Shown here one piece after another: positions 24,610-37,700 of a stretch of DNA of 64,000 nucleotides. The translations under genes and the position numbers were made by a program. Numbering within the stretch: position 1 is the stretch's first letter; every line of letters begins with the position of its first letter. The notes below the pieces were generated by a model, which saw nothing but the letters and a program-made list of their open reading frames with translations, made no database searches and was not told the DNA's origin. The stretch is from Eledone cirrhosa. Lineage: Eukaryota. Location: NCBI GenBank assembly GCA_964016885.1, contig OZ024743.1:237646001-237710000 (forward strand), written 5' to 3'.

Positions 24610-25320
24610 TCTCTCTCTCTCTCATTCTCTCTGAACCCCCTCTCTCTGTTTATATCCTACCTTCTCTATATTTAACCATTTTATACTAACCGGCTAATAC
24701 CAGTTCTGGTTCTATGAAACAAAAACCATCCATTTAAAAGGTTTCCAATTTAAATTAAAATCTTCCAACATAATTTTATATATGAACCATATGTTACTGG
24801 CGTCGTTAGAATGTCAGATAGAATGCTTTGTGGTATTCCTTTCGACTCTCTGCTCTCCGAGTTCAAATCCCACTGAGGTCAACTTTGCCTTTCATCCTTT
24901 TTGAGGTCAATAAAAAAGTACCAGTCAAGTACTGGTTTCAACTCTTCCTCTATATCTCTTTCTCACTTCCACTCTCTCTCTCTCTCGCTCTCTCTCACTC
25001 TCTCGCTTTCTCTCTCTCTATCCTTCTTTGTGAGAAACTACTAGATCTGGAGAGGAGATGGGCTCCATCAGGTTTTTTTTTACTGCCCCAGAAACGCCGA
25101 GTATCGAAAGGTTGTGAGTTCAATTCTCGGACCGGGTGATGTGTTGTTCCCTTGAGCAAGACACTTTATTTCACGTTGCTCCAGTTTACTCAGCTGTAGA
25201 AATGAGATGATAGGAATGGGGTCCCTATCATTAAATCACCCAAGACACTTCCAACGAGATATACCTTGGAGGAGGCCAGCTAAACCTGCAGAGGTGTGAG
25301 CTGTAACAACAACAACAACA
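24247..25320 (+). mobile_element. SINE A, SINE A variant and SINE B cluster (duplicate of 12818-13800)
   Basis: Colinear match. Confidence 0.75.
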
Positions 25321-25625
25321 ACAGAAACGCCATATATCAATGCAACATCTCTACGACACCTTCGGGAGTTAGGGAACCATACATAGTAAGTTACTGTCAT
25401 AGTAATACAATAATATATAACTTATTCCAAATTCTTCACTAATTAATTAAAAAAGAATGTATTTCAGTGGAAATGCTGTGACGAAATGGTGAAGATATTT
25501 GTAAACCGTCAAGACAGCCCCCCCCCTTCTCACCCTTGAATCGGAAATAAAAATAAATAAAAAAGAAGTGGAAGGAGGGTGGTAAGTTTCTTGTCTAAAG
25601 ATTTGTGACAGTTGTGACTGCTGCT

Positions 25626-25960
25626 GATAATTGTTTCTACTTTAGGCACAAGGCCAGCAAATACCCAGCAACGACCCCGTAAGGATGAAAGGCAAAGTCA
25701 ACTCGGCGGGATTTGAACTCAGATCGTAAAGGGACGTAACTATTGGTGGTGGTGGTAGTGGTGGTGGTGTGTGGTAGTAATGGTGCTGATGGGGTGGAGG
25801 TAATTGTAGTAGTAGTACTAGGGATGGCTTATACACACACGCATATATATATATATGTATTATGTATTGACTTTGCCTTTCATCCTTACGGGGTCGATAA
25901 AATAAAGTACCAGTAATGCACTGGATAATTGCTGGCCTTGTGCCAAAAGTAGAAACAATT
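25626..25960. mobile_element. Two partial SINE A copies (25626-25742 minus; 25866-25960 plus)
   Basis: Core and tail motifs. Confidence 0.75.
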
Positions 25961-26415
25961 ATATACATAAACACACCCGTATCTGTGTATATAATGGTGA
26001 TAGTAGCAACAGCAGAAAGAGTAATAGTAGTAGGAAGGAGGAAGGGGTGGGAAGAATGACAGGAGGGAGAGGGAGGAAGGAGGAGGAGAAAGCCACGACT
26101 GGAGGAGCAGAAGACAATATAGTTAGTATGTATTACTAAAGAAGTTAACTATTGTCTAGACAAAGAGCAGACGACAACAACACAAGGTCTGATTTCCTAA
26201 AAGTTTTTCTGAAATTAGTTCTTAATTTTCTCAAATAATCTCCCCCTTTTTTTACTTTGACGTTCGCTAACAATTACTGCCAGATTTTTATTTTCTTCCT
26301 TCCATCCATCTATCCTGCCTGGACTCCTTAACTCTTGGTAGAGTCTTAGGGGCACGGTCGTTACATTTTAAAACTGGCGGAGACTATCCTAATTTATTCC
26401 AGTGACAGAGAGAGA

Positions 26416-26512
<97 letters not shown>

Positions 26513-26749
26513 TCGCCTCTATAACTGGACAAGTATTTTATTTATCGCCTCAAAAGGATGAAAGACAAATTTGAACTGAGAGACAGAGATTCAGACCATA
26601 CCACAAAGTATTCTATTTTACAACTCACTGTCTATTCTGGCACTTTTCTTTTCCTTAATTTTTACATATATTTCTTTATTAATGAATGTAAAGTACAAGT
26701 ACAGAGCGAGCTGTGTCTAAGAATCTGTCTAAGAATCTGTCTAAGACGG

Positions 26750-29177
26750 TGTCCCTTTTATTTCGCCCCACTCGCCCTCGGCCTCCCCAGCTCTGGCGCT
26801 GACCGAGGCGGCCGGTCAACAGTAGCCTTCGTCAAAGCCAATGTTTCGTCCTTTGGGAAAACGCCCGTTCCAAGCGTGCCCAGGGACGCCGCACACCCCA
26901 CCCTCGGGTACCCCCAATCCTCCACCCTTGAGGCCAGCGCCATCATGGGTGATGTCTCGACCGCAGTCAGAGTGGTTGCCTCAGAGGACAGTGTCCTTCA
27001 ACCCACCGAGGAGGTCCTGGATGCCCTGCCACTCAAACACCCTGAATCACCCGCTGATCTCTGACCCATACCCCCACCCGACTCCAACTTGCTCCTTGTG
27101 ACTTCCGACGCAGACATCATGTCTGCCATCAAGTCTTTTCCAGCTAGCAGCAGCGGAGGCGCTGATGGTCTCCGACCAGGCCACCTCAAGGAGTTGCTAT
27201 CCCCCCTCTCCGCTGAGGCCGACTGCCGTCTTCTGAGTGCAATTGTGGCACTCACCAATAGACTCATCCATGGCACCCTGGACCCTCACGCTCGAGGCCC
27301 CTTTTTTTTGGCTAGCCTCACCGCTCTCAGGAAGAAAGAGGGTGGCATACGCCCTATCACTGTGGGCAATGTCTTCCAGAGGCTGGCAAAGTGGTCTGCA
27401 GGTCCATAACACCCGAACTGGGCGAGGAGTTCAGTCCGGTGCAACTGGGTGTCGGCGTATCCGGTGGCTGTGAGGGGGCCGCACATGCAACCAGGCACTT
27501 CTTCAACAGCTGCCCACCGGAAAAAGCATCCAGGGACTCCAGGCACCTCATTGTCAAGCTTGACATGAGGAGTGCCTATCTGTCGTATGGAGCCCCGACC
27601 ATGCTCCTTGCTGCTGATACGGTCATACCTTCGGCTACTGGGGTCCAACAGGGCGACCTTTTGGGACCTCTCCTGTTTGCCCTTGGTATAGACCACGTCG
27701 CCCGGAGTATCACAGCCCTCTCAACGTTTGGTATCTGGATGATGCTACATTTGGCGTGCCAGTACAGACTGTCTGCCATGAGCCATGACCTACAATTGGT
27801 GATTCCTGCCCTGGCGGGAATCGGCCTCCAGGTCAACTAGGCCAAGTCGGAGGTGGTGAATGTCAGCCACGATGCTGAGAGCTTTGCAGCCTCCGTCTCG
27901 GACGTGCGGTCCATTCTACGCCAGGTACAGGTGACCCCAAAGCGGATGTCCTCATCCTCGGGTCACCGATCCATCCGCCGGTGATCCGCTCCACCATCAG
28001 GTCCAGGCTTCAACAACTCCAGACCCTCACGAGCCGACTGGGCTTGATCGACAGCCACCCAGCTTTCTTTCTGTTAAGGAACTGCTTCGCCATGCCGAAG
28101 CTCCTCTATACCCTTCGCAGCGCTCCGTGCTACACCCACACATCTCTCCTCGCTGACCTCGATACTTGTATCCGAGCAGCAGCCGAGGAGATATGCAACG
28201 TCAAGTTTGACGACATTGGATGGCAACAGGCCACTTTACCTGTCAGGTATGGCGGCCTTGGCCTCCGGTCCCCGATCTCGCTGGCTTTGCCGGCGTATCT
28301 TTCGTCGGTAACCTCGTGCCGTAACCTCGTGCCGTGTCCTCGTCAGCAGGGTTCTTCAAACACAATAGAACCCTCTGTGTCCAGAGAACGTGAGGCCGCC
28401 TGTGAGACGTGGGACCGGCTGGGACTTAGCCCAGTAGATGTCCCTCCTCCTCCCCTGTTGACGTCATGTCCCCCCAAAGCCTGGCCTCAGACAGGCTCAC
28501 GCGCCAGCTCGACCAACACCGCCTTGCCTGCTTTCGCGCGGCCCCCAAACCCCACAGTGGTGTCTGGTTCCATTCTCCGCCCTCCTTCTCCACTGGCACG
28601 CAGCTAGACAACAATAGCCTGCGCATCGGCGTTTCCTTGAGGCTCAGCCTCCGGATCTGCGAGCTATACCAATGTCGCTGCGGATCCCCCGTGGACTCTT
28701 TCGGCCTCCACCCGCTTTCCTGTCTCCACAGTGCCGGCCGCCTTCCACGCCATGCTGCCCTCAACGAGGTCATGAAGCATGGCTTGGACGCTGCGAACTT
28801 CCCTTCCCAGCTCGAGCCGGTGCGGCTGGACCGAGGGGACGGCAAAAGGCCAGATGGCATGACCATCTTCCTGTTCAGCGGTGGCAAACCCCTCGTCTGG
28901 GATGCTACTTGCACCGACACTTTCTGCAGCCGCAACCTGGTGCAGTCTGCGACTAACACAGGTTCTGCTGCACGTCGGACTGAGGAGGCCAAGCTCCTCA
29001 AATACAGGTCGCTCTCCGACAGGTTTGCGGTTGTACCCCTGGCAGTTGAGACTTTTGGTGTCCTCGGCCCTAGGACTACCTCCCTACTCACCACCATAGG
29101 CGCTGAGCTGGCCAGCTGCAGGTGTGAACCCCGCGAGTTGGAGTGGCTTTTCCAGCGCGTCTCCCTTGCCGTCCCCC
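26750..29177 (+). mobile_element. CRE-clade non-LTR retrotransposon (RT + Zn knuckle + RLE), degenerate
   Basis: GGADGLRPGHL, KKEGGIRPITVG, QLGVGVSGGCEG, GVQQGDLLGPLLF, shifted-frame WYLDDA, WQQATLPVRYGGLGLR, CRCG...HPLSC...RHAALN, KRPDG...VWDATC; stops, frameshifts and an RT deletion. Confidence 0.9.
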
Positions 29178-29324
29178 GAAAAAGAAAAAGGAAAGAAGGA
29201 TTGAGCAGCGAAAGAAAATGAGATGGGGGAGGGACAGTCACTCCACCCCAGTCTGTTGTGCCTGGGACACATCAGCAAAATTGTTACCGCAGAGGCCAGA
29301 GAAACCCGCTTGCAACAGTCACTC

Positions 29325-29907
29325 TCACCTCACGAGGATCCCACCTCACGAGGATCCCACCTCACGAGGATCCCACCTCACGAGGATCCCACCTTACGAG
29401 GATCCCACCTTACGAGGATCCCACCTCACTAGGATCCCACCTCACTAGGATCCCACCTCACGGGGATCCTGCCTCATGAGGATCACTCCTTACGAGGATC
29501 CCACCTCACGGGGAACCCACCTCACTAGGATCCCACCTCACGGGGATCCCACCTCACTAGGATCCCACCTCACAGGGATCCCACCTCACTAGGATCTCAC
29601 CTCACGAGGATCCTACCTCACGAGGATCACTCCTTAGGAGGATCCCTCCTTACGAGGATCCCACCTCACGGGGATCCCACCTCACTAGGATCCCACCTCA
29701 CGGGGATCCTACCTCACGAGGATCACTCCTTAGGAGGATCCCTCCTTAGGAGGATCCCACCTCACGGGGATCCCACCTCACGAGGATCCCACCTCACGAG
29801 GATCACTCCTTACGAGGATCCCACCTCACGGGGATCCCACCTCACTAGGATCCCACCTCACGGGGATCCCACCTCACGGGGATCCCACCTCACGGGGATC
29901 CCACCTC
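29325..29907. repeat. 16-bp minisatellite (cacgaggatcccacct), ~36 units
   Basis: Direct reading; variants recur in blocks. Confidence 0.95.
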
Positions 29908-29909
29908 AA

Positions 29910-30110
29910 GCGGTTCACCGTCTTTCCCACGGAGGAAATCAGCAGTGCTGAAATTAAGGGTGCCACCACCATGGTCGTGGCGAGCTGGATCCATTTGTAA
30001 AAGGAAACCGGCTGTGTCGGGCCTGCTTCTCGTGATGTCGTTCAGAGCTGCTTGTGCTTGACGAGGAAGCCGGCCTGCACTAAGGTGGCAAGATATTGTG
30101 CGGCGTAGAC
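29910..30110 (-). mobile_element. Older CRE fragment (knuckle/RLE region), opposite orientation
   Basis: SCHLSAGRLPRQAQAALNDIT...AGFLLQMDPARHDHGGG aligns with SCLHSAGRLPRHAALNEVM...ANFPSQLEPVRLDRGDG. Confidence 0.6.
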
Positions 30111-30494
30111 CACTGCTCCACAACTACATATCTCTGAGTTCAAATCTCTCTGAGGTCATCTTTGCCTTTCATCCATTTGAGGTCCATATAAAAAAAAAAC
30201 GTACCAGTCAAATACTGGCGTCGATTCTTCCTCTATATCTCTTTCACGCTTCCATTCTCTCACTATCCTTCTCTGGAAGAAATCTGCTGTATTCAGACCT
30301 GGAGAAGAGATGGGTTCCTCCAGGTTGAAAAACAATACCCTAGAAAGGCTGTCAATATGGCGCCCCTATGACTGCCCCAGGAGTTACGGAACTCTACATG
30401 CAGATATTAAATTGAGTACTAAGCAGCTGACGTTTTTTTAAATTCGTCTCGGAACTTAATCTACAGATTTAACTGAAGCTGCAAGTATCATAGT

Positions 30495-30523
<29 letters not shown>

Positions 30524-30525
<2 letters not shown>

Positions 30526-30762
30526 CTCACACCTATGCAGGTTTAGCTGGCCTCCTCCAAGGTATATCTCGTTGGAGGTGTCTTGGGTAATTTAATGATA
30601 GGGACCCAGTCCTATCATCTCATTTCTACAGTTGAGTAAACTGGAGCAACATGAAATAAAGTGTCTTGCTCAAGGAAACAACACATTACCCGGTCCGAGA
30701 ATTGAACTCACAACCTTTCGATTTCAAGCCCAATGCTCTAACCACTAAGCCATGCGCTTTCA
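30524..30762 (-). mobile_element. SINE family B, full length, (CA)n tail
   Basis: gcgcatggcttagtggttagagc head, gagttcaattctc B box, CORE-like region. Confidence 0.85.
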
Positions 30763-31029
30763 CCAAGTAGTGTGTAGGTAAACATGACTTATCTAGGTAT
30801 TTCTCCATAGGAAAGGCTGAACAGTTTTGTCTGATTTTCGGTCTTTGTTGGCATCACCGTCAGAAGCTATGGACCTTTTTTCACAGAGGAATACATTAAA
30901 TAGAATCGATCTCCACCGGTTTCGACAATGCGTGTTCCAGTTGTTCGATCAACGGAACAGCATGCTAATGAAATTAACGTGTAAGTGATTGAGCATCCCA
31001 CTGACACGTGTAACCTTAATGTAATTCTT

Positions 31030-31385
31030 AAACACTCCTTCCAGTGGGTCCTGTCAGATCCAACCGTCTCCAACTGATCCGGTTGGATCCCTAAGTGTGA
31101 CCAGCCAAGCTCATAGATGTTATCCAACTATCTTGCTCGGGGTCTACCCCTGGGTCTTCTGTCGGTTGGTTTCGCCCGTCAAATCTGTCCAGCGATTCTT
31201 TCCTGAGACATTCTAACCACATACCCATAGTATCAGAGCTGTGATCTCTCATTTCGGAGAAGTAACAGCTCTATCTGGAGTGATCCTCTCATCTCCAAAC
31301 TACGTAGTTTATCGAGTATCGTTACTACAAAGACACTTCGGAGGAACCCCATTTCGGCAACTTGTATTCGCGAACGTAATTCCCA
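31030..31385 (-). mobile_element. RTE LINE 3' fragment
   Basis: YYGYVVRMSQERIA...RPRGRPRAR*LDNIYELGWSHLGI...SDRTHWK. Confidence 0.7.
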
Positions 31386-32171
31386 GGGAGATTCAGTACG
31401 TCTGTGTAATCAGGAAAGCCCTTTGAATTACCGGTATAGTTTACCCGATGAGCTTCCTAGCAATTTCTATCTCTCCAATTTCATTGACAAGACCCTGTAA
31501 ATGACACATGGCTGTGGTAGATGATACTTACCCTAGATATCACGATGTAGGATCGAACTTGGGACCCAATGATTGCGAAGTGAACACTTTAACCGTTCAG
31601 CCATGCAGCATCTATAATACATAACTCCAAGATTTATAAACACATTAAATCTATTTATTGTTTCTTCTGCTGCTTACGGTACAATTTGATATATTTTGCA
31701 TGGCCACGTACATCTTTTTCCATTTATCTGAGGGTTCTAAACCCCATTATCAGGCTAAAATTTCTTTAGTCAAAAATACGGTGAAAGCTATTCTATTTTC
31801 TTATAATCCATTAGTAAAATACAACTCTATAGTAGTCGCTCCACACTATAAACTCTGTGGTACTCGGCACATATAGACGGCGACAGACGCAGCTTTCGTT
31901 TTCATATATCTTCAGGGTTGATAAAGTATCAGTCCAATATATGGTTCCGTAACTTCTAAGGGAGTGATGGGAGAGTCGTATTGACATACGGCGTTTCTAG
32001 CCCAACCCTCACCAGTCCTGGGGTCAATTCTTTCACTATCTCTCTATAAAAAATCAACTGTACTGAAGCCTGGAGAGAGTTCGACTTCGCCATTTTTAAA
32101 TATCAAAGTTTGTAATAACAGTAACACCTACCATATACACACTCTTTTCCTAGTTTCAATCATTAGACCAC

Positions 32172-32205
32172 GGTTGTTGTTGTTGTTGTTGTTGTTGTCG
32201 TCGTT

Positions 32206-32246
<41 letters not shown>

Positions 32247-32386
32247 TGTTGTTGGTGGTGGTGGTGGTGGTGGTGTTGTCGTCGTCGTCGTTGTCGTCGT
32301 CGTCGCCGTCGTCGTCGTCGTCGTCGTTGTTGTTGTTGTTGTTGTTGTTGTCGTCGTTGTCGTCGTCGTCGTCGTCGTCGTCGTCG

Positions 32387-32418
<32 letters not shown>

Positions 32419-32441
32419 GTTGTCGTCGTCGTCGTTGTCGT

Positions 32442-32523
<82 letters not shown>

Positions 32524-32540
32524 CTTCTTCTTCTTCTTCT
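32172..32540. repeat. (GTT/GTC/GTG)n compound trinucleotide repeat with internal block duplication
   Basis: Direct reading. Confidence 0.95.
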
Positions 32541-32641
<101 letters not shown>

Positions 32642-32798
32642 TTATGTAGGGATGTGTAATTCTATGTTTGATAAAAAAAAATATGCCAAAGAAAGAGAAG
32701 AAATGAGAGGGAATGGAAGAGAGAGAAAGAGTGAGAGAGAGAATGATAGAAAGGTTATGAGAGAGAGAGAGAGAGTGAGAGGAGTGGTAAAGAGAAAG

Positions 32799-32849
<51 letters not shown>

Positions 32850-32853
32850 TAGA

Positions 32854-32893
<40 letters not shown>

Positions 32894-33190
32894 TAGAGAT
32901 AGAGAGAGTGGTAATCAGTTGTGGCTGTTTATTCTCAGTTTTGGTCCAGACGAAAACTTTGTTGTCTGACTTGTGGCTTTCCTACTTTCTTTGTTTCAAT
33001 TATTACACATGAACACACAGAGATATCAACACACATATATATACATACATACATATATACATACATACACATGAACACACAGAGACATCAACACACATAT
33101 ATATACATACATACATATATACATACATACACATGAACACACAAAGACACATACACACACACACACATACACATACACACACAAATACAC
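32850..33190 (+). repeat. Inverted-repeat partner of 39420-39780
   Basis: Identical spurious ORF start MAVYSQFWS... on opposite strands (32921+, 39710-). Confidence 0.85.
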
Positions 33191-33336
33191 ACACACACAC
33201 ACAAATCTGATGAGCAATCGATTCCAGGGTCGGGCCCGATCACTATCGATCCTACCTTCAGCTGATCTTGAAACCCGCGTCACACAGGAATATACATAAT
33301 GATGTTCTATCGATCCTTCCTGATCATTACTATTTA

Positions 33337-33487
33337 TTGGATTGGCAGTAACGGTAGAGGGTCGGACGCCATGCTTTCCAGCATAGAGTTAAAGCCCTTT
33401 ATTGTCTGACTTCAAATCCCGCCGAGGTTAACTTTGCCTTTCATCCTTACAGAGTCGATAAAATAAAGTACCAGTAATGTACTGAGT
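33337..33487 (+). mobile_element. SINE family A
   Basis: Head and core. Confidence 0.8.
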
Positions 33488-33489
33488 AA

Positions 33490-33760
33490 ATGATATTGCG
33501 ATCCCTCAAGACCACAATGTGGCTGAGAAGGAAATAGAGAAGATCAATAAGTATGTAGACCTTACAGGTAGTTAGAACTGATGACCAGGTAGAGACTGAG
33601 GCCGTATGTAGACCTTACAGGTACTATTATAACTGATCACCAGGTAGAAACAGAAGCGGTGTCAATCATCATTGAGGCGCTAGGGACGGTCCCTAAAATG
33701 TCTTACGTCTTTCACCAAAAACCTTGGGATACCTGTCTTCATTGGCAGTGCCTAGATTTC
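33490..33760 (+). mobile_element. Old R4/Dong RLE 3' fragment
   Basis: DIAIPQDHNVAEKEIEKINKYVDL...VSIIIEALGTVPK. Confidence 0.6.
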
Positions 33761-33884
33761 TACCATCACTACCATCACCAGCACTACCAGAAACCAAGGT
33801 GATATATTGATCAGGGACTGATCTGAGACCAATTAACATGCTTCACCTCACAACCAATTGCTAGAGAAAATTTACAAAACGGGG

Positions 33885-33965
<81 letters not shown>

Positions 33966-34163
33966 TATAAATGTAATTTGAGTTTTTCGAATATTCATAA
34001 TAATATTAGATTCGTTTACAATTATGCAAACAAGCCTCATTTTTAAAGCCATGTCAGTAGAATGAACCCCTCATTCTTGCTCTTGTGTTGGCATGTAAAC
34101 AGAACTGCAGACACTAATGTTTCTGGGAATTACCTTTCATCAGTACATGTCAACACAAGAGCA

Positions 34164-34297
34164 AGAAATAGCCGTCGAAACAGCTTAAGCTCTGCTCTCG
34201 GGGGTCTTACATTTTCCTATTACCCACTCTACTACCCTAAGTATTGAGTACTCTGGTGCGTTATGGTCCATCAGGTTCCTTATCACAACTCCTTCGT

Positions 34298-34298
<1 letters not shown>
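34164..34298 (+). mobile_element. PLE-like pLTR family P3 3' fragment ending in (TA)n
   Basis: Matches 40167-40301. Confidence 0.65.
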
Positions 34299-34332
<34 letters not shown>

Positions 34333-34346
34333 ATATATCTATATAT

Positions 34347-34445
<99 letters not shown>

Positions 34446-34726
34446 GAAGTAGAGGAAATCCAACACACAGGACATACCAATAAACAACTGGAAGATTCTT
34501 CGTAAAAACTGACGGAGGTCCGACATAAACAGACACACATACACACGCACACATACACACACACATACACATGCAGACATACACACGCACTCATACACAC
34601 GCACACATGCAAACATACACACGCACACATACAAACATACACACATACACAGCTTGATTGATAAATGTTTTAATAACTGTTCCAACATAAGATAAGTAAC
34701 ATCTCATACGGCCACTGCTTGAAGAG

Positions 34727-37700
34727 GGTTGCTCCAGCTAGGACCTGCAATGTTGTGTTACATTAGACAAAGGCTGCTCCAGCTAGGACCTACACTGTTG
34801 TATTACATTAACAAAGGTTGCTCCAGCTAGGACCTACACTGTTGTGTTACATTAGACAAAGGTTGCTCCAGCTAGGACCTACACAGTTGTGTTACATTAA
34901 CAAAGGTTGCTCCAGCTAGGACGTACACTGATGTGTTACATTAACAAAGGTTGCTCCAGCTAGGACCTACACTGTTGTGTTATATTAACAAAGGTTGCTC
35001 CAGCTAGGACCTATACTGTTGTGTTACATTAGACAAAGGTTGCTCCAGTTAGGACTTACAGTGTTGTAGTGTTACATTAGACAAAGGTTGCTCCAGCTAG
35101 GCCCTACACTGTTGTGTTACATTAGACAAAGGTTGCTCCAGATAGGCCCTACACTGTTGTGTTACATTAGACAAAGGTTGCTCCAGCTAGGACCTACACT
35201 GTTGTGTTACATTAGACAAAGGTTGCTCCAGCTAGGACCTACACTGTTGTGTTACATTAGACAAAGCTTGCTCCAGCTAGGACCTACAGTGTTGTGTTTC
35301 ATTAAACAAAGGTTGCTCCAGTTAGGACCTACACTGTTTGGTTACATTAGACAAAGGTTGCTCCAGCTATGACCTACAGTGTTGTTGTGTTACATTAGAC
35401 AAAGGTTGCTCCAGCTAGGACCTACAGTGTTGTGTTACATTAGACAAAGGTTGCTCCAGCTAGGAGGTACACTGTTGTGTTACATTAGACAAAGTTTGCT
35501 CCAGCTAGGACCTACACTGTTGTGTTACATTAGACAAAGGATGCTCCAGTTAGGACGTACAGTGTTGTGTTGCATTAGACAAAGGTTGCTCCAGTTAGGA
35601 CGTACAATGTTGCGTTACATTAGACAAAGGTTGCTCAAGCTAGGACATACAGTGTTGTGTTATATTAGACAAAGGTTGCTCCAGCTAGGACCTACACTGT
35701 TGTGTTACATTAGACAAAGGTTGCTCCAGCTAGGATCTACACTGTTTTGTTACATTAGACAAAGGTTGCTCCAGCTAGGACAACAGTGTTGTGTTACATT
35801 AGACAAAGGTTGCTCCAGCTAGGAGCTACAGTGTTGTAATGTTACATTAGACAAAGGATGCTCCAGCTAGGAGATACAGTGTTGTAATGTTACATTAGAC
35901 AAAGGTTGCTCCAGCTAGGACCTACACTGTTGTGTTACATTAGACAAAGCTTGCTCCAGCTAGGACCTACAGTGTTGTGTTTCATTAGACAAAGGTTGCT
36001 CCAGTTAGGACCTACACTGTTTGGTTACATTAGACAAAGGTTGCTCCAGCTATGACCTACAGTGTTGTTGTGTTACATTAGACAAAGGTTGCTCCAGCTA
36101 GGACCTACAGTGTTGTGTTACATTAGACAAAGCTTGCTCCAGCTAGGACCTACAGTGTTGTGTTACATTAGACAAAGGTTGCTCAAGCTAGGACCTACAG
36201 TGTTGTGTTACATTAGACAAAGGTTGCTCCAGCTAGGACCTACAGTGTTGTTGTGTTACATTAGACAAAGGTTGCTCCAGCTAGGACCTACAGTGTTGTG
36301 TTACATTAGACAAAGGTTGCTCAAGTTAGGACCTACAGTGTTGTGTTACATTAGACAAAGGTTGCTCCAGCTATGACCTAGAGTGTTGTTGTGTTACATT
36401 AGACAAAGGTTGCTCCAGCTAGGAGGTACACTGTTGTGTTACATTAGACAAAGGTTGCTCCAGCTAGGACCTAGAGTGTTGTTGTGTTACATTAGACAAA
36501 GGTTGCTCCAGCTAGGAGGTACAGTGTTGTAGTGTTACATTAGACAAAGGTTGCTCCAGCTAGGACCTAGACTGTTGTGTTACATTAGACAAAGGTTGCT
36601 CCAGCTAGGACCTACAGTGTTGTGTTACATTAGACAAAGCTTGCCCCAGCTACGAACTAAACTGTTGTGTTACATTAGACAAAGGTTGCTCCAGCCAGGC
36701 CCTCACTGTTGTGTTACATTAGACAAAGGTTGCTCCAGCTAGGCCCTCACTGTTGTGTTACATTAGACAAAGGTTGCTCCAGCTATGACCTACAGTGTTG
36801 TGTTGCATTAGACAAAGGTTGCTCCAGCTAGGAACTATACTGTTGTGTTATATTAGACAAAGGTTGCTCCAGCTAGGCCCTCACTGTTGTGTTACATTAC
36901 ACAAAGGTTGCTCCAGCTAGGACCTACAGTGTTGTGTTGCATTAGACAAAGGTTGCTCCAGCTAGGAACTATACTGTTGTGTTACATTAGACAAAGGTTG
37001 CTCTAGCTAGGACCTACACTTGTGTTACTTTAGACAAAGGTTGCTCCAGCTAGGAACTATACTGTTGTGTTACATTAGACAAAGGTTGCTCCAGCTAGGA
37101 CCTACACTGTTGTGTTACATAAGACAAAGGTTGCTGCAGCTAGGACCTACACTGTTGTGTTACATTAGACAAAGGTTGCTCCAGCTAGGACTACAGTGTT
37201 GTGTTACATTAGACAAAGGTTGCTCCAGCTAGGACCTACACTGTTGTGTTACAGTAGACAAAGGTTGCTCAGGCTAGGACCTACTGTGTTGTGTTACATT
37301 AGACAAAGGTTGCTCCAGCTAGGTCTACAATGTTGTGTTATATTAGACAAAGGTTGCTCCAGCTAGGACCTACACTGTTGTGTTACATTAGACAAAGGTT
37401 GCTCCAGCTAGGAACTATACTGTTGTGTTACATTAGACAAAGGTTGCTCTAGCTAGGACCTACAGTGTTGTGTTACATTAGACAAAGGTTGCTCCAGCTA
37501 GGAACTATACTGTTGTGTTACATTAGACAAAGGATGCTCCAGCTAGGACATACACTGTTGTTTTACATTAGACAAAGGTTGCTCCAGCTAGCACCTACAC
37601 TGTTGTGTTACAGTAGACAAAGGTTGCTCCAGCTAGGACCTACACAGTTGTGTTACAGTAGACAAAGGTTGCTCCAGCTAGGACCTACACAGTTGTGTTA

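Noticed and set aside
28426-29241. 271-aa minus-strand ORF
   Set aside because: Antisense to the GC-rich CRE endonuclease region; no independent motifs.
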